A stretch of 63,980 bases of DNA, counting the filler, from Licmophora abbreviata (taxonomy: Eukaryota): the NCBI GenBank assembly GCA_900291995.1. It is 17 parts of 17 records of this genome, joined end to end, with 100 filler letters (N's around TTAATTAATTAA, not from the genome) between each part and the next. Parts side by side here need not be neighbours in the genome. Positions count along the whole stretch, not along the records: positions 1 to 11,331 come from OLMU01004729.1; 16 more parts are not named here. One strand, written 5' to 3'. The translations under genes were made by a program, and so were the position numbers. Positions within the stretch are counted from its first letter, which is position 1, and the number at the start of each line of letters is the position of its first letter. A model generated the notes under the pieces. That model saw only the letters and a list, made by a program, of their open reading frames with translations, made no database searches and was not told the DNA's origin. Below are positions 1 through 8,994 of the stretch, in pieces.

Positions 1-668
1 GAAGCGAAAGCGGTACGGCGACCTATACGAACGACAATGGAGACCTTGTCACTGTCAGCTTCTCGGAAATCGAGAACGTGATCCCGTGCTTCACGCCGGG
101 CACTGTGATCGCCACCCCGAGAGGCGAGCGGCTGGTGCAGGATCTGCAGGTTGGCGACCGGATCATCACCCGGGACAACGGCATCCAGGAGATCCGCTGG
201 ATCGGGCGCCGCGATCTGCAGGGGCGCGAGCTTTTGCAGGCGCCGCATCTGAAGCCGGTTTTGATCCGGACGGGATCGCTTGGATATGGCTTGCCCGAAC
301 GGGACATGGTTGTCAGCCCCAACCACAGGGTTCTAATCAACAACGAACGCACGGCGCTCTATTTCGAGGATCGTGAAGTGCTGGCGGCAGCCAAGCATCT
401 GACCGGGCTCGAGGGTGTGGACGCAGTGGATGCGAGCTCGGTGAGCTATATTCACTTCATGTTCGATCAGCACGAGGTCGTGCTGTCGGATGGGGCGTGG
501 ACCGAAAGCTTCCAGCCGGGCGAGCAGACCATGGACGGGATGGGGCAGGCGCAGCGCGACGAGATCTACGAGCTGTTCCCCGAACTGCGGGAGGCCGACG
601 GGCTCAAAGCCTATCAGGCGGCGCGCCGGTCCCTGAAGAAGTATGAGGCCAAGCTGTTGCTGAGCTAA
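1..668 (+). CDS. Hint-domain (Hint_2 / BIL-type) protein, 3' part; frame is open back to the window start
   Basis: PCFTPGTVIATPRGERLVQDLQVGDRIITRDNG Hint N-terminal block, VSPNHRVL block and HEVVLSDGAWTESF C-terminal block. No stop codon upstream in the same frame. Confidence 0.9.
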   Translation, partial: SESGTATYTNDNGDLVTVSFSEIENVIPCFTPGTVIATPRGERLVQDLQVGDRIITRDNGIQEIRWIGRRDLQGRELLQAPHLKPVLIRTGSLGYGLPERDMVVSPNHRVLINNERTALYFEDREVLAAAKHLTGLEGVDAVDASSVSYIHFMFDQHEVVLSDGAWTESFQPGEQTMDGMGQAQRDEIYELFPELREADGLKAYQAARRSLKKYEAKLLLS

Positions 669-752
669 GACATGCAGCCGACCGGCGCGCACCCATCGGG
701 GGTGTGCCGGTCTCCGGAAACGGGCTGGGGGCTGTCCTGTTTTCAGAAACGG

Positions 753-790
753 AACAATCCCGGCGGTAACGCCGGGATTGTTTTGTGTTT
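753..790 (+). terminator. Rho-independent terminator after the Hint gene
   Basis: 13-bp stem AACAATCCCGGCG-gtaa-CGCCGGGATTGTT running into a T-rich tract. Confidence 0.85.
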
Positions 791-946
791 GATCGTTGTC
801 CGGCCCGTGGCTCTTGTGGCAGCGGGCGATCTTCCGGGCTTGGTTGCAGTCCGGTTTTCAGCCGGTCCACGCGCGCGCCAGTCTGAGCGTCTTCTTGTCA
901 TCGCCAAGGATAGGTTCCGGCCCTGTTTCCGGCAAGACCGGTTGCC

Positions 947-979
947 CGTTACAAAAGCTTCACCGGAGTGTCACGCGGC
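947..979 (+). promoter_or_regulatory. Tandem Pho boxes (PhoB sites) upstream of phnC
   Basis: Three units at 11-bp period (CGTTACA-aaag, CTTCACC-ggag, TGTCACG-cggc) resembling CTGTCAT-N4 repeats, about 50 nt before phnC. Confidence 0.7.
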
Positions 980-1030
980 TTTCGAGAATCCGGCCTAGCA
1001 CCATTGCACGACCGTTTTGGGGGATGCCTG

Positions 1031-1855
1031 GTGCTGAAGATTACCAAACTGACAAGAAAGTTCGGTCCGAACACGGCTGTCGACGCCGTGTCGTTCACTG
1101 TCGAAAAGCCGATGATGATTGGCATCATTGGCCGCTCGGGCGCCGGGAAGTCGACGCTGTTGCGCATGGTGAACCGGCTGACGGATGCGACCGAGGGTAA
1201 GATCGAGTTCGAAGGGCGCGACGTGACGGCGCTGAAGGGCGACGCCAAGCGCGCCTGGCAATCCGATTGCGCGATGATCTTTCAGCAGTTCAACCTGGTG
1301 CCGCGGATGGATGTGGTGTCGAACGTGCTGCATGGCACGCTCAATCGCCGCTCGACGCTGGCGACGATGTTCAACCTCTATCCGCAGGCGGATATCTGCC
1401 GCGCCATCGAGATCCTGGATCGTCTGGGCATTGCGGAGCATGCGCCCAAGCGCGCCGAGGCGTTGTCGGGCGGCCAGCAGCAGCGCGTCGCGATTGCCCG
1501 TGCGCTGATGCAGGACCCCAGGATCGTTCTGGCCGACGAGCCGATCGCCAGCCTTGACCCGATGAATGCCCAGCTGGTGATGGACGACCTGCGCCGCATT
1601 CACGAAGAGGATGGCCGCACGGTCATCGCCAATCTGCACACGCTGGATACCGCGCGGCGCTATTGCGACCGGGTGATCGGGATGCTGCACGGCCGGATCG
1701 TGTTCGACGGCACGCCCGAGCAACTGACCACGGGTGCCGCGCGCGACATTTACGGTGCCGATGCCGGGTTTTCCGAGACCAGCACCTCGACCTCGATCGA
1801 GAGGCTGGAGCGTGCCGAAGACCGCGCCATGCGCGCGGCCGAGGCTACGATCTGA
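1031..1855 (+). CDS. phnC: Phosphonate ABC transporter ATP-binding protein
   Basis: Walker [48 protein letters not shown] start at 1031; first gene of the phnCDE block. Confidence 0.95.
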   Translation: MLKITKLTRKFGPNTAVDAVSFTVEKPMMIGIIGRSGAGKSTLLRMVNRLTDATEGKIEFEGRDVTALKGDAKRAWQSDCAMIFQQFNLVPRMDVVSNVLHGTLNRRSTLATMFNLYPQADICRAIEILDRLGIAEHAPKRAEALSGGQQQRVAIARALMQDPRIVLADEPIASLDPMNAQLVMDDLRRIHEEDGRTVIANLHTLDTARRYCDRVIGMLHGRIVFDGTPEQLTTGAARDIYGADAGFSETSTSTSIERLERAEDRAMRAAEATI

Positions 1856-1931
1856 CGTTCTTCGCCCTGCCGTGGAACGCGGCAGAGCAGCCCCTGAGAC
1901 CCCTAAAGACCGAAACCTGAAAGAGGATATC

Positions 1932-2831
1932 ATGAAGAAACTGCTTGCTGCCATCGTGGCCACGACCGCACTGACCGCCCCGGTCATGGCCCAGGACATC
2001 ACCGAATTCCGCATCGGCATTCTGGGTGGCGAAAACGCCCAAGACCGGATGGCATCGAACGAGTGCTACCGCGCCATGGCCGAAGATTTGCTGGGCGTTC
2101 CGGTCAAGCTGTTCACGCCCGCTGATTATGACGGCGTGATCCAGGGCCTGCTGGGAGGCACGATCGACATGGCGTGGCTGGGTGCATCGGCTTATGCCAA
2201 AGCCTATCTGACCAATCCTGATGCAGTCGAGCCGATCATGGTCAAAACCAATGTCGACGGCTCGTACGGATATCACTCGATCGGGTTTGCCCGCAAGGAC
2301 AGCGGCATCACCTCGCTTGGGGACATGCAGGGCAAGGTGTTCGCGTTCGGCGATCCCAACTCGACCTCGGGCTACCTGATCCCGTCGATCGAAATTCCCG
2401 TGGAGACGGGTGCGTCGATGGAATCGGGTGATTACTTCGGTGAAGTGAAATTCGTCGGCGGTCATGAACAGACCATCGTCGCGGTGGCCAATGGCGATGT
2501 CGACGGTGGCGTGACATGGGCAGACGGCATGGGCGCTTGGGAAGACGGCTACAACTCGGGTGCGCTGCGCAAGGCGTCGGACGCAGGCTTGGTCGACATG
2601 AACGACCTGGTCGAAATCTGGAAGTCAAAGCCGATCCCGGAAGGTCCGATCGTTCTGCGCAAAGATCTGCCCGAGCGTGTGAAGATCGACATCACCACGC
2701 TGACCGCGTCGCTGCCCTATATGGCGCCTGACTGTGCCTATAACTTCATGGCAGGCGAGGCCCTGGGATTCCAGCCGATCAACCATGACGCCTATCTGTC
2801 GATCATCGAAGCGCGCAAGTCCAAGATGTAA
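1932..2831 (+). CDS. phnD: Phosphonate ABC transporter periplasmic binding protein
   Basis: Signal peptide MKKLLAAIVATTALTAPVMA; DPNSTSGYL and GGHEQ phosphonate-binding motifs; RBS GAGG. Confidence 0.95.
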   Translation: MKKLLAAIVATTALTAPVMAQDITEFRIGILGGENAQDRMASNECYRAMAEDLLGVPVKLFTPADYDGVIQGLLGGTIDMAWLGASAYAKAYLTNPDAVEPIMVKTNVDGSYGYHSIGFARKDSGITSLGDMQGKVFAFGDPNSTSGYLIPSIEIPVETGASMESGDYFGEVKFVGGHEQTIVAVANGDVDGGVTWADGMGAWEDGYNSGALRKASDAGLVDMNDLVEIWKSKPIPEGPIVLRKDLPERVKIDITTLTASLPYMAPDCAYNFMAGEALGFQPINHDAYLSIIEARKSKM

Positions 2832-2851
2832 GCCGCAAGGCGGATACCTCG

Positions 2852-2889
2852 GCCGGTCCCTTGCGGGGCCGGCTCGTTCCTTTTTGTTC
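2852..2889 (+). terminator. Intercistronic hairpin after phnD (mRNA stabiliser or partial terminator)
   Basis: GCCGGTCCC-ttgc-GGGGCCGGC followed by a T-rich tract. Confidence 0.6.
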
Positions 2890-2924
2890 TCCCGCCCCGT
2901 CATCTCGTCAAGGAGCAAAGCCGC

Positions 2925-3800
2925 ATGGTCGATACCTCGCTGGCCCGGAACAGCGCAGCGCCGGACACCACCGCAATTCAAGACGCCTATCTGGCCATGA
3001 CGCGCACCAAGCGCATGTATGGCGGGATCATGCTGGTGATCTTCATTGCGCTGATGACATCGGGGTTCATGCTAGCCGATAGCCGCAATGCGGGCGGGTT
3101 CTGGGACGGGATCCTGAACATCTTCGCGTTTCCCGGCGAAGTGCTCGCGGAAGCGCGCGAGAAGGTGACGCTGATCCCGGCGCTGATGGTGAAATTTTTC
3201 CCGTCGCTGATCGAGACGGTGAATATCGCCGCGGCCTCGACCCTGATTGGCGGGTTGATGGCGGTGGTGCTGTCGCTTTTGTCGACGCGCGGGCTGGCGC
3301 GGTTTCCGGCGCTGGTCGGTCCTTTCCGCCGGTTGATGGATATCCTGCGCGCGGTGCCCGAGATCGTGATCGCGCTGGTGCTGATCTTCATCCTTGGTGG
3401 CGGGCCGGTGCCGGCGATGATCGCGATTGCGCTGCATACGGCCGGTGCCTTGGGCAAGCTCTTTTCCGAGGTCAACGAGAATGCCAGCCTCAAGCCGCTG
3501 GAGGGGCTGGAATCGGTTGGGGCGAACTGGACCCAAAGGATGATCCTGGGCGTGGTGCCACAGGTGGCGCCGAACTGGTTGAGCTATGCGCTGCTGCGCT
3601 TCGAGATCAATATCCGGGCCTCGGCGATCCTTGGTTTCGTGGGGTCGGGCGGGATCGGTTATGATCTCAAGAACGCCTTCAGCTGGGGGCAGGGCCGCTA
3701 CGATGAGGTGGCGGCGATCTTTATCCTGGTGTTCCTGACGATCGTGTTTTTCGACCAGCTGTCGAGCCATTACCGAAACAAACTTGTCGGAAAGGTCTGA
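2925..3800 (+). CDS. phnE: Phosphonate ABC transporter permease 1
   Basis: RAVPEIV, LGKLFSEVNE, RFEINIRASAILGFVGSGGIG PhnE motifs. Confidence 0.95.
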   Translation: MVDTSLARNSAAPDTTAIQDAYLAMTRTKRMYGGIMLVIFIALMTSGFMLADSRNAGGFWDGILNIFAFPGEVLAEAREKVTLIPALMVKFFPSLIETVNIAAASTLIGGLMAVVLSLLSTRGLARFPALVGPFRRLMDILRAVPEIVIALVLIFILGGGPVPAMIAIALHTAGALGKLFSEVNENASLKPLEGLESVGANWTQRMILGVVPQVAPNWLSYALLRFEINIRASAILGFVGSGGIGYDLKNAFSWGQGRYDEVAAIFILVFLTIVFFDQLSSHYRNKLVGKV

Positions 3801-3803
3801 CCC

Positions 3804-5156
3804 ATGAGCGCAACGGCAGAAATGGTGACTGGCGGCGATCTACGACAGGATGCGGTGGCGCGGTTCCGGCGCAAGCAGATCGCGGGCTTTGCGGTGCCTG
3901 CCGTGATCCTGGCCTATTTCGTCTATCTGTTCTTCGCCTTCGACATTGCCGGGCTGGTGGACCGTGCCCGCATGGACAACGCGAAGATCCTTGTGGCCGA
4001 TAGCTATAGCTACAAGACCCATATCACCCACGACAATCGCAATGGCGGTCTGAGCTTTGCCATCGAGGGCGAGAACAAGGGCACCTATCCCGACGGCATG
4101 ATGCCGGGGTTCGTCACCGCCACGGGCGAAGATGCCGTGACGATCACGCTGGACGCGGGCGAGGTGGCCGAGATCGAAGGCTCGACCCTGCGCTATACTC
4201 TACCCGATTTCGGCACGGTGCTGGTGACGGTCGAGGGGCGGGATATTTCGGTCGAGACGCCGGACGGGACCATCCCCGACTGGATCAGCGCCAGCAATGC
4301 CCGCGTCAACATAACGGGCGAGGGCGGTCGCGCGACCGTGACCCGCGCACGCACCGAGGTCTATGTCTATTCCTATGGCTGGGAGTTGTTCTGGTTCACT
4401 CTGGACAGCCCGTTCTACGGCAAGTCCTTTGCCGAGCTGGCGAGATTGGCGGTATCTGGCGAGCAGGTGATCGAGGGTCAGAGCAACTTTGCCGCCATGG
4501 TCGGTGAGGTCTGGAACAACAGCATGTGGCGGCACAAGGATGTGATCTGGGCGATCTTCGAGACCATCCTGATGGCCTTTCTCGGCACGATGGGCGCCGC
4601 GATCGTGGCGCTGCCGATGGCATTCATCGCGGCGCGGAATTTCAACGGTCTGGCAAGCGTGCGCTTCGCGATCCGGCGTGTGTTCGATTTCGTGCGCGGG
4701 GTCGATGGGCTGATCTGGACGATCATCCTGTCGCGCGCTTTCGGTCCCGGGCCGATGACCGGCGCGCTGGCGATCCTGATTACCGATACTGGCAGCTTTG
4801 GCAAGATATTCTCGGAGGCGCTGGAAAACGTCGACGACAAGCAGATCGAGGGCGTCACCTCGACCGGGGCGAAGCCGCTGCAACGCTACCGGTTCGGGGT
4901 GATCCCGCAGATCACGCCGGTGCTGTTGAGCCAGGTTCTGTATTACCTCGAATCCAACACGCGCAGCGCCACGGTGATCGGCGCGATCACTGGAGGCGGC
5001 ATCGGCCTGTTGCTGACGCAGGCGATCATCACCCAGAAAGATTGGGAAGAAGTGAGCTATTACATCATGCTGATCATCATCATGGTGATCTTCATGGACA
5101 CGCTTTCGGGCTGGCTGCGGCGCAAGCTGATCCGGTCCGACGAGAGCGGCGTCTGA
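3804..5156 (+). CDS. phnE: Phosphonate ABC transporter permease 2, with a large extracytoplasmic insert
   Basis: C-terminal PhnE core (GSFGKIFSEALE, YYLESNTRSATVIGAITGGGIG) preceded by an N-terminal TM helix and about 190 aa of soluble sequence. Confidence 0.92.
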   Translation: MSATAEMVTGGDLRQDAVARFRRKQIAGFAVPAVILAYFVYLFFAFDIAGLVDRARMDNAKILVADSYSYKTHITHDNRNGGLSFAIEGENKGTYPDGMMPGFVTATGEDAVTITLDAGEVAEIEGSTLRYTLPDFGTVLVTVEGRDISVETPDGTIPDWISASNARVNITGEGGRATVTRARTEVYVYSYGWELFWFTLDSPFYGKSFAELARLAVSGEQVIEGQSNFAAMVGEVWNNSMWRHKDVIWAIFETILMAFLGTMGAAIVALPMAFIAARNFNGLASVRFAIRRVFDFVRGVDGLIWTIILSRAFGPGPMTGALAILITDTGSFGKIFSEALENVDDKQIEGVTSTGAKPLQRYRFGVIPQITPVLLSQVLYYLESNTRSATVIGAITGGGIGLLLTQAIITQKDWEEVSYYIMLIIIMVIFMDTLSGWLRRKLIRSDESGV

Positions 5157-5214
5157 TCCGAGAGGCAGCGCAGGGGATGGCGCCGAGCGCACGGACCGGC
5201 AAGGGGGCAAGCGA

Positions 5215-5832
5215 ATGAAAAGACTGAACGCCGAGGCGCCGCTGATCCATCCCGAGTGCGAGATCACCGACAGCGATCTGGGCGCCTATACCGAGATCGG
5301 GCGCGGCAGCCGTGTGGCGCATTCTATGATCGGGAATTATTCCTATTGCGACAGGTATTGCGACATCGCCAATGCCGATGTGGGCCGGTTCAGCAATATC
5401 GCCAGTTTCGTGAGGATCGGCGCTACGGATCATCCGCTGGACCGGGCAAGCCTGCATCATTTCATGTATCGCTCGGCCAGTTACTGGGACGATGCCGAGG
5501 ACGATGCTGCATGGTTCGAGCATCGCCGGTCGCGGCGCGCCCATATCGGCCATGACACATGGATCGGACATGATGCGCAGATCAAGCCGGGCCTGAGCGT
5601 TGGGCATGGCGCGGTCGTAGCCTCTGGGGCGATGGTCACGAAGGATGTGGCGCCTTATACGATCGTTGCGGGTGTGCCTGCGAAGCCGGTGCGGCCTCGC
5701 CAGCCCGCTGCATTGGCCGAACGGTTGATCGCCCTTGGCTGGTGGGACTGGAGCCACGATCGGCTGCGCGCGGCACTCGGGGATTTCCGGGCGCTTTCCG
5801 CCGAGGCTTTTCTGGAAAAGTACGGCGGTTGA
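5215..5832 (+). CDS. Hexapeptide-repeat (xenobiotic acetyltransferase-like) protein associated with phn clusters
   Basis: IGHDTWIGH, VGHGAVVASGAMVTKDVAPYTIVAGVPAKP and WWDW, typical of left-handed beta-helix acetyltransferases. Confidence 0.88.
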   Translation: MKRLNAEAPLIHPECEITDSDLGAYTEIGRGSRVAHSMIGNYSYCDRYCDIANADVGRFSNIASFVRIGATDHPLDRASLHHFMYRSASYWDDAEDDAAWFEHRRSRRAHIGHDTWIGHDAQIKPGLSVGHGAVVASGAMVTKDVAPYTIVAGVPAKPVRPRQPAALAERLIALGWWDWSHDRLRAALGDFRALSAEAFLEKYGG

Positions 5833-5900
5833 CGACATTGTAAAAAAGCGCCCCTGTCCGGGGCTGCCGCCGGATTGTCGCGAAAGGATCGGAGCAAGGG

Positions 5901-7082
5901 TCACTCTGCGGCAAGAGCCATACGGTTGCCGATGGACAGGAAGCGATGTGCAGCCTCGCCTGTCAGGTGGGTGATGCGGCCTGCGACGAGCGTGGCCTCG
6001 ATCTCGCGGGTGTCTGCGTTCACGACCGTCAGATCCGCCCTGCGTCCGTAGTCGATCACGCCCCGGTCGGGCAACCCCATGATGCGGGCAGGCGTCGCAG
6101 AGATCATCGCCCAGGCCGAGGCCAGATCGAGAATGCCGTGATCGGCCAGATGGAAGGCCGCCTGTGCCAGCGCGGGGTAGTAGTAGTCCGAGACAAGCGC
6201 ATCGCAATGGCCCGATGCGATCAGGTCAGCGGCCGAGATGTTGCCCGCCTGCGAGCCGCCGCGCACCACGTTGGGCGCGCCCATGATCACCGGATCGTTG
6301 ACTGCCTTGGCCAGCCGTGCGGCGGAGCGCGAGATGGGGAATTCGCAGATCCGGGCGCCGATCATCGCAAAGGTCTCGCGGGTTTCGCCGTCGGGATCAT
6401 CATGGCTGCCATAGCGCACGCCCAAAGCATCGAAGGTTTCGGCCAGACGGCACAGATAGCGCGGCACCGCGCGGCCCTGTTTGCGCGCCTCTTCAACAAC
6501 GACGAGGTGCTCTTGCGGGCTACGGCCTGCCTCTTTGGCCCAACCTACCAGAACCTCGGGGCGGCTGTGCGACAGGGTGACGGCCTCTTCCAGGTGGTTG
6601 TTGAAGACCACGTAGCCCACGCCATGCCGTTTGACGGCGGCGATCAGACGGTCGGCAGTGTCGACGGTATGGGTCTCGCAGCGGATCTGCACCCGAAGAT
6701 CGGTCTTCATCCGGGCGCGGTAAACTGCGTGGGCCTCGAGCATCGCCTCGGCGTGATCTGGGCTGCGCCGTCCGCCTTCCCAGGACCAGCTTTGCGCAAG
6801 CCAGGCGGTTGTCACGCCATTGGCGGCAGCGTCCCGGTCGGTGCCAATCAGCCCCTGCTCAATGGAGAACGGCGCGGTGGGGCGCGGGGCGGTGTGTCGC
6901 TCGAACGCGTCGCCATGCAGGTCTATGATGCCCGGCAGGATATAATAGCCGGTCAGATCGATCTCGGGGAAGGGGCCTCTGCCGATGCAGCCGGATTCGA
7001 TTGCGACAGAGCGCGTCTGAAGTTCGCCGTCACGCAGGACGGTCGCGCCGGTCAGGCGTATATCGGGCCATTGCATGGACAT
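5901..7082 (-). CDS. phnM: PhnM-like amidohydrolase (second alpha-D-ribose 1-methylphosphonate 5-triphosphate diphosphatase paralog)
   Basis: LPGIIDLHGDAFERH, GSHDD, EFP, MGAPNVVRGGSQAGN, LVSDYY. ATG at 7082. Confidence 0.85.
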   Translation of the reverse strand: MSMQWPDIRLTGATVLRDGELQTRSVAIESGCIGRGPFPEIDLTGYYILPGIIDLHGDAFERHTAPRPTAPFSIEQGLIGTDRDAAANGVTTAWLAQSWSWEGGRRSPDHAEAMLEAHAVYRARMKTDLRVQIRCETHTVDTADRLIAAVKRHGVGYVVFNNHLEEAVTLSHSRPEVLVGWAKEAGRSPQEHLVVVEEARKQGRAVPRYLCRLAETFDALGVRYGSHDDPDGETRETFAMIGARICEFPISRSAARLAKAVNDPVIMGAPNVVRGGSQAGNISAADLIASGHCDALVSDYYYPALAQAAFHLADHGILDLASAWAMISATPARIMGLPDRGVIDYGRRADLTVVNADTREIEATLVAGRITHLTGEAAHRFLSIGNRMALAAE

Positions 7083-7158
7083 CGGACTGCTCTTGTCTGC
7101 CGTTTTCGCAAATCTAGCGCAGGATTGTATCGCCCGCATGACAAACCCTTGGACTCCT

Positions 7159-7881
7159 TCATGAATCAGAGTGGGTAAGGGTGACCCTGTCGCCGGCGAA
7201 CCAGGTGCGGCCATATTCCACCGGCTGCTTGTCCGGATCGACATTCAGCGAGACCGAGCGCAGGATCGGCGCGCCCTCGGTGATGCGCAGATGCAGCGCC
7301 TGCGTCGGGTTGGCGAGTTTCGCGGTCAGGCGCGTCCAGGCGCGGGTGTAATCGGCGACGCCCTGTGCGCGCAGAGCCTCGGTGACCGAATGCAGGCGGG
7401 CCAAGGCTTCGGGCAGTTCGGGAAAACGCTCGGCTGGAAAGACGCTGCGGAAAAGAGCGACCGGCGCGCCATCCGAGAGCGACAGCCCGTCATAGACATG
7501 CACGGCGGCGCCGGGTGCCAGGTTAAGGGCTTCGGCCTCGCGCTGATCGGCGGCGCGGGTTTCCAGACCAAGGACTGTCTTGGCCGGCATGCGCCCTGCC
7601 GCGCGCAGGTTCTGGTGAAAGCGCACGCGTCTGCCGATGGGGTAATCGGTGGGCTTGTGGGTGACAAAGACGCCCGCGCCCCGGCGGGTATGGATCATCC
7701 CGTCCTCGGCCAGTTGCGCCAGGGCCCGGCGCACGGTGTGCCGGTTGACGCCGAACCGGGTGGACAGCGCCGCCTCGGTCGGGAGCTTGTCGCCCGGAGC
7801 ATAGCGGGATGCGGCGATGTCGGCGCTCAGGGCGGCATGGATGGATTTCCAGATCGGGGTGCGGGTGGAGGTCTGGGGCAT
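7159..7881 (-). CDS. phnF: Phosphonate metabolism regulator (GntR/HutC family)
   Basis: LPTEAALSTRFGVNRHTVRRAL winged HTH plus UTRA domain; divergent from phnG. Confidence 0.95.
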   Translation of the reverse strand: MPQTSTRTPIWKSIHAALSADIAASRYAPGDKLPTEAALSTRFGVNRHTVRRALAQLAEDGMIHTRRGAGVFVTHKPTDYPIGRRVRFHQNLRAAGRMPAKTVLGLETRAADQREAEALNLAPGAAVHVYDGLSLSDGAPVALFRSVFPAERFPELPEALARLHSVTEALRAQGVADYTRAWTRLTAKLANPTQALHLRITEGAPILRSVSLNVDPDKQPVEYGRTWFAGDRVTLTHSDS

Positions 7882-7898
7882 GTCACGAAAACTTCACG
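7881..7898 (+). promoter_or_regulatory. Pho box upstream of phnG, touching the phnF start codon
   Basis: TGTCACG-aaaa-CTTCACG, 11-bp period. Confidence 0.7.
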
Positions 7899-7935
7899 CT
7901 TCGGGGATTGCGCGACTCGGCGTGTCGGCGTAATT

Positions 7936-7967
7936 ATTTGTCTAGTTGTATAGAATATTAGACAAAT
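7936..7967. promoter_or_regulatory. Putative PhnF operator (inverted repeat)
   Basis: ATTTGTCTA...TAGACAAAT 9-bp inverted repeat enclosing TTGTATAGAA, an AT-rich island resembling HutC-type GTNTANAC sites. Confidence 0.7.
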
Positions 7968-7982
7968 CCGCAAGGTGTCTAG

Positions 7983-8426
7983 ATGACCGAGATCGAAAAG
8001 AGACAGCACTGGATGAGCTTGCTGGCCAAGGCGCCTGCAGCCGAGCTGGACAGGCTGTGGTCGGCGCTTGGGTTGGTGCCCGACTATGGCTATCTGCGCG
8101 CCCCCGAAGCCGGCGGCGTGATGGTGCGTGGCCGGGCCGGGGCGACCGGCGCGCCCTTCAATCTGGGCGAGATGACAGTGACGCGCTGTTCGGTAAAACT
8201 GAGCGGGGGCGAGGTGGGGCATGCCTATGTGCAGGGCCGCGACAAGGCTCATGCCACGCAAGCCGCCCTGATCGATGCGCTGATGCAGACGGGGCAGGCG
8301 GATGCCCTGCGCGAGGCGGTTCTGGAGCCGTTGGATGAGGCGCGGCAGGCAGCCCGCACGGTTCGCGCGGCCAAGGCGGCGGCGACCAAGGTGGATTTTT
8401 TCACGATGGCACGGGGAGAAGATTGA
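7983..8426 (+). CDS. phnG: C-P lyase subunit PhnG
   Basis: RAPEAGGVMVRGRAGATGAPFNLGEMTVTRC and ATKVDFFTMARGED. Confidence 0.96.
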   Translation: MTEIEKRQHWMSLLAKAPAAELDRLWSALGLVPDYGYLRAPEAGGVMVRGRAGATGAPFNLGEMTVTRCSVKLSGGEVGHAYVQGRDKAHATQAALIDALMQTGQADALREAVLEPLDEARQAARTVRAAKAAATKVDFFTMARGED

Positions 8427-8994
8427 TGCAGGCCGAGGCACTGGACGGCGGTTTCGCTGATGGCCCGATCGATGCCGCGCGTGCGTTTCGCGCCGCGATG
8501 AGCGTGATGGCGCGGCCCGGCCGGATCGAGCGGCTGCGGGGGCCGCACCGCCCGCGCCGCTGTCGCGGGCGGCGGGTGCGCTGATCCTGACGCTATGCGA
8601 TCCGGAAACGCCGGTGCATCTGGCCGGGGCGCATGACACGGTCGCCTTGTGCGACTGGATCACGTTTCACACCGGCGCACCGCTGGTCGGGGTGGAGGAT
8701 GCGATGTTCGCCATTGGTGATTGGGACGCGCTGCAGCCGCTGGACGCCTACCGGATCGGCACTTCGGACTATCCCGACCGCGCCGCCACCCTGATCGTCG
8801 AGATGTCGGCGCTTGCGGCGCAGGGCGCCCGGCTGACCGGCCCCGGCATCAAGGAGAGCGCGCACCTCTCGCTGCCCGAGACGGCGGCGTTCCGGCGCAA
8901 CGCGGCGCAGTTTCCCCTGGGGCTCGATTTCTTTCTGACCTGTGGTGACCAAGTGGCGGCCCTGCCGCGCAGCACCCGTGTGGAGGACATCTGA
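8426..8994 (+). CDS. phnH: C-P lyase subunit PhnH (frameshift at G-run 8538-8542, probably sequencing error)
   Basis: 5' frame gives FRAAMSVMARPG; the other frame gives LTLCDPETP, GTSDYPDRAATL, LTGPGI, FPLGLD, ALPRST. Adding one G restores the frame. Confidence 0.92.

Noticed and set aside
5215..5832. Chloramphenicol/streptogramin resistance gene
   Set aside because: The fold is shared with CatB/Vat, but the position inside the phn operon matches the phosphonate-associated subfamily and there is no mobile context.
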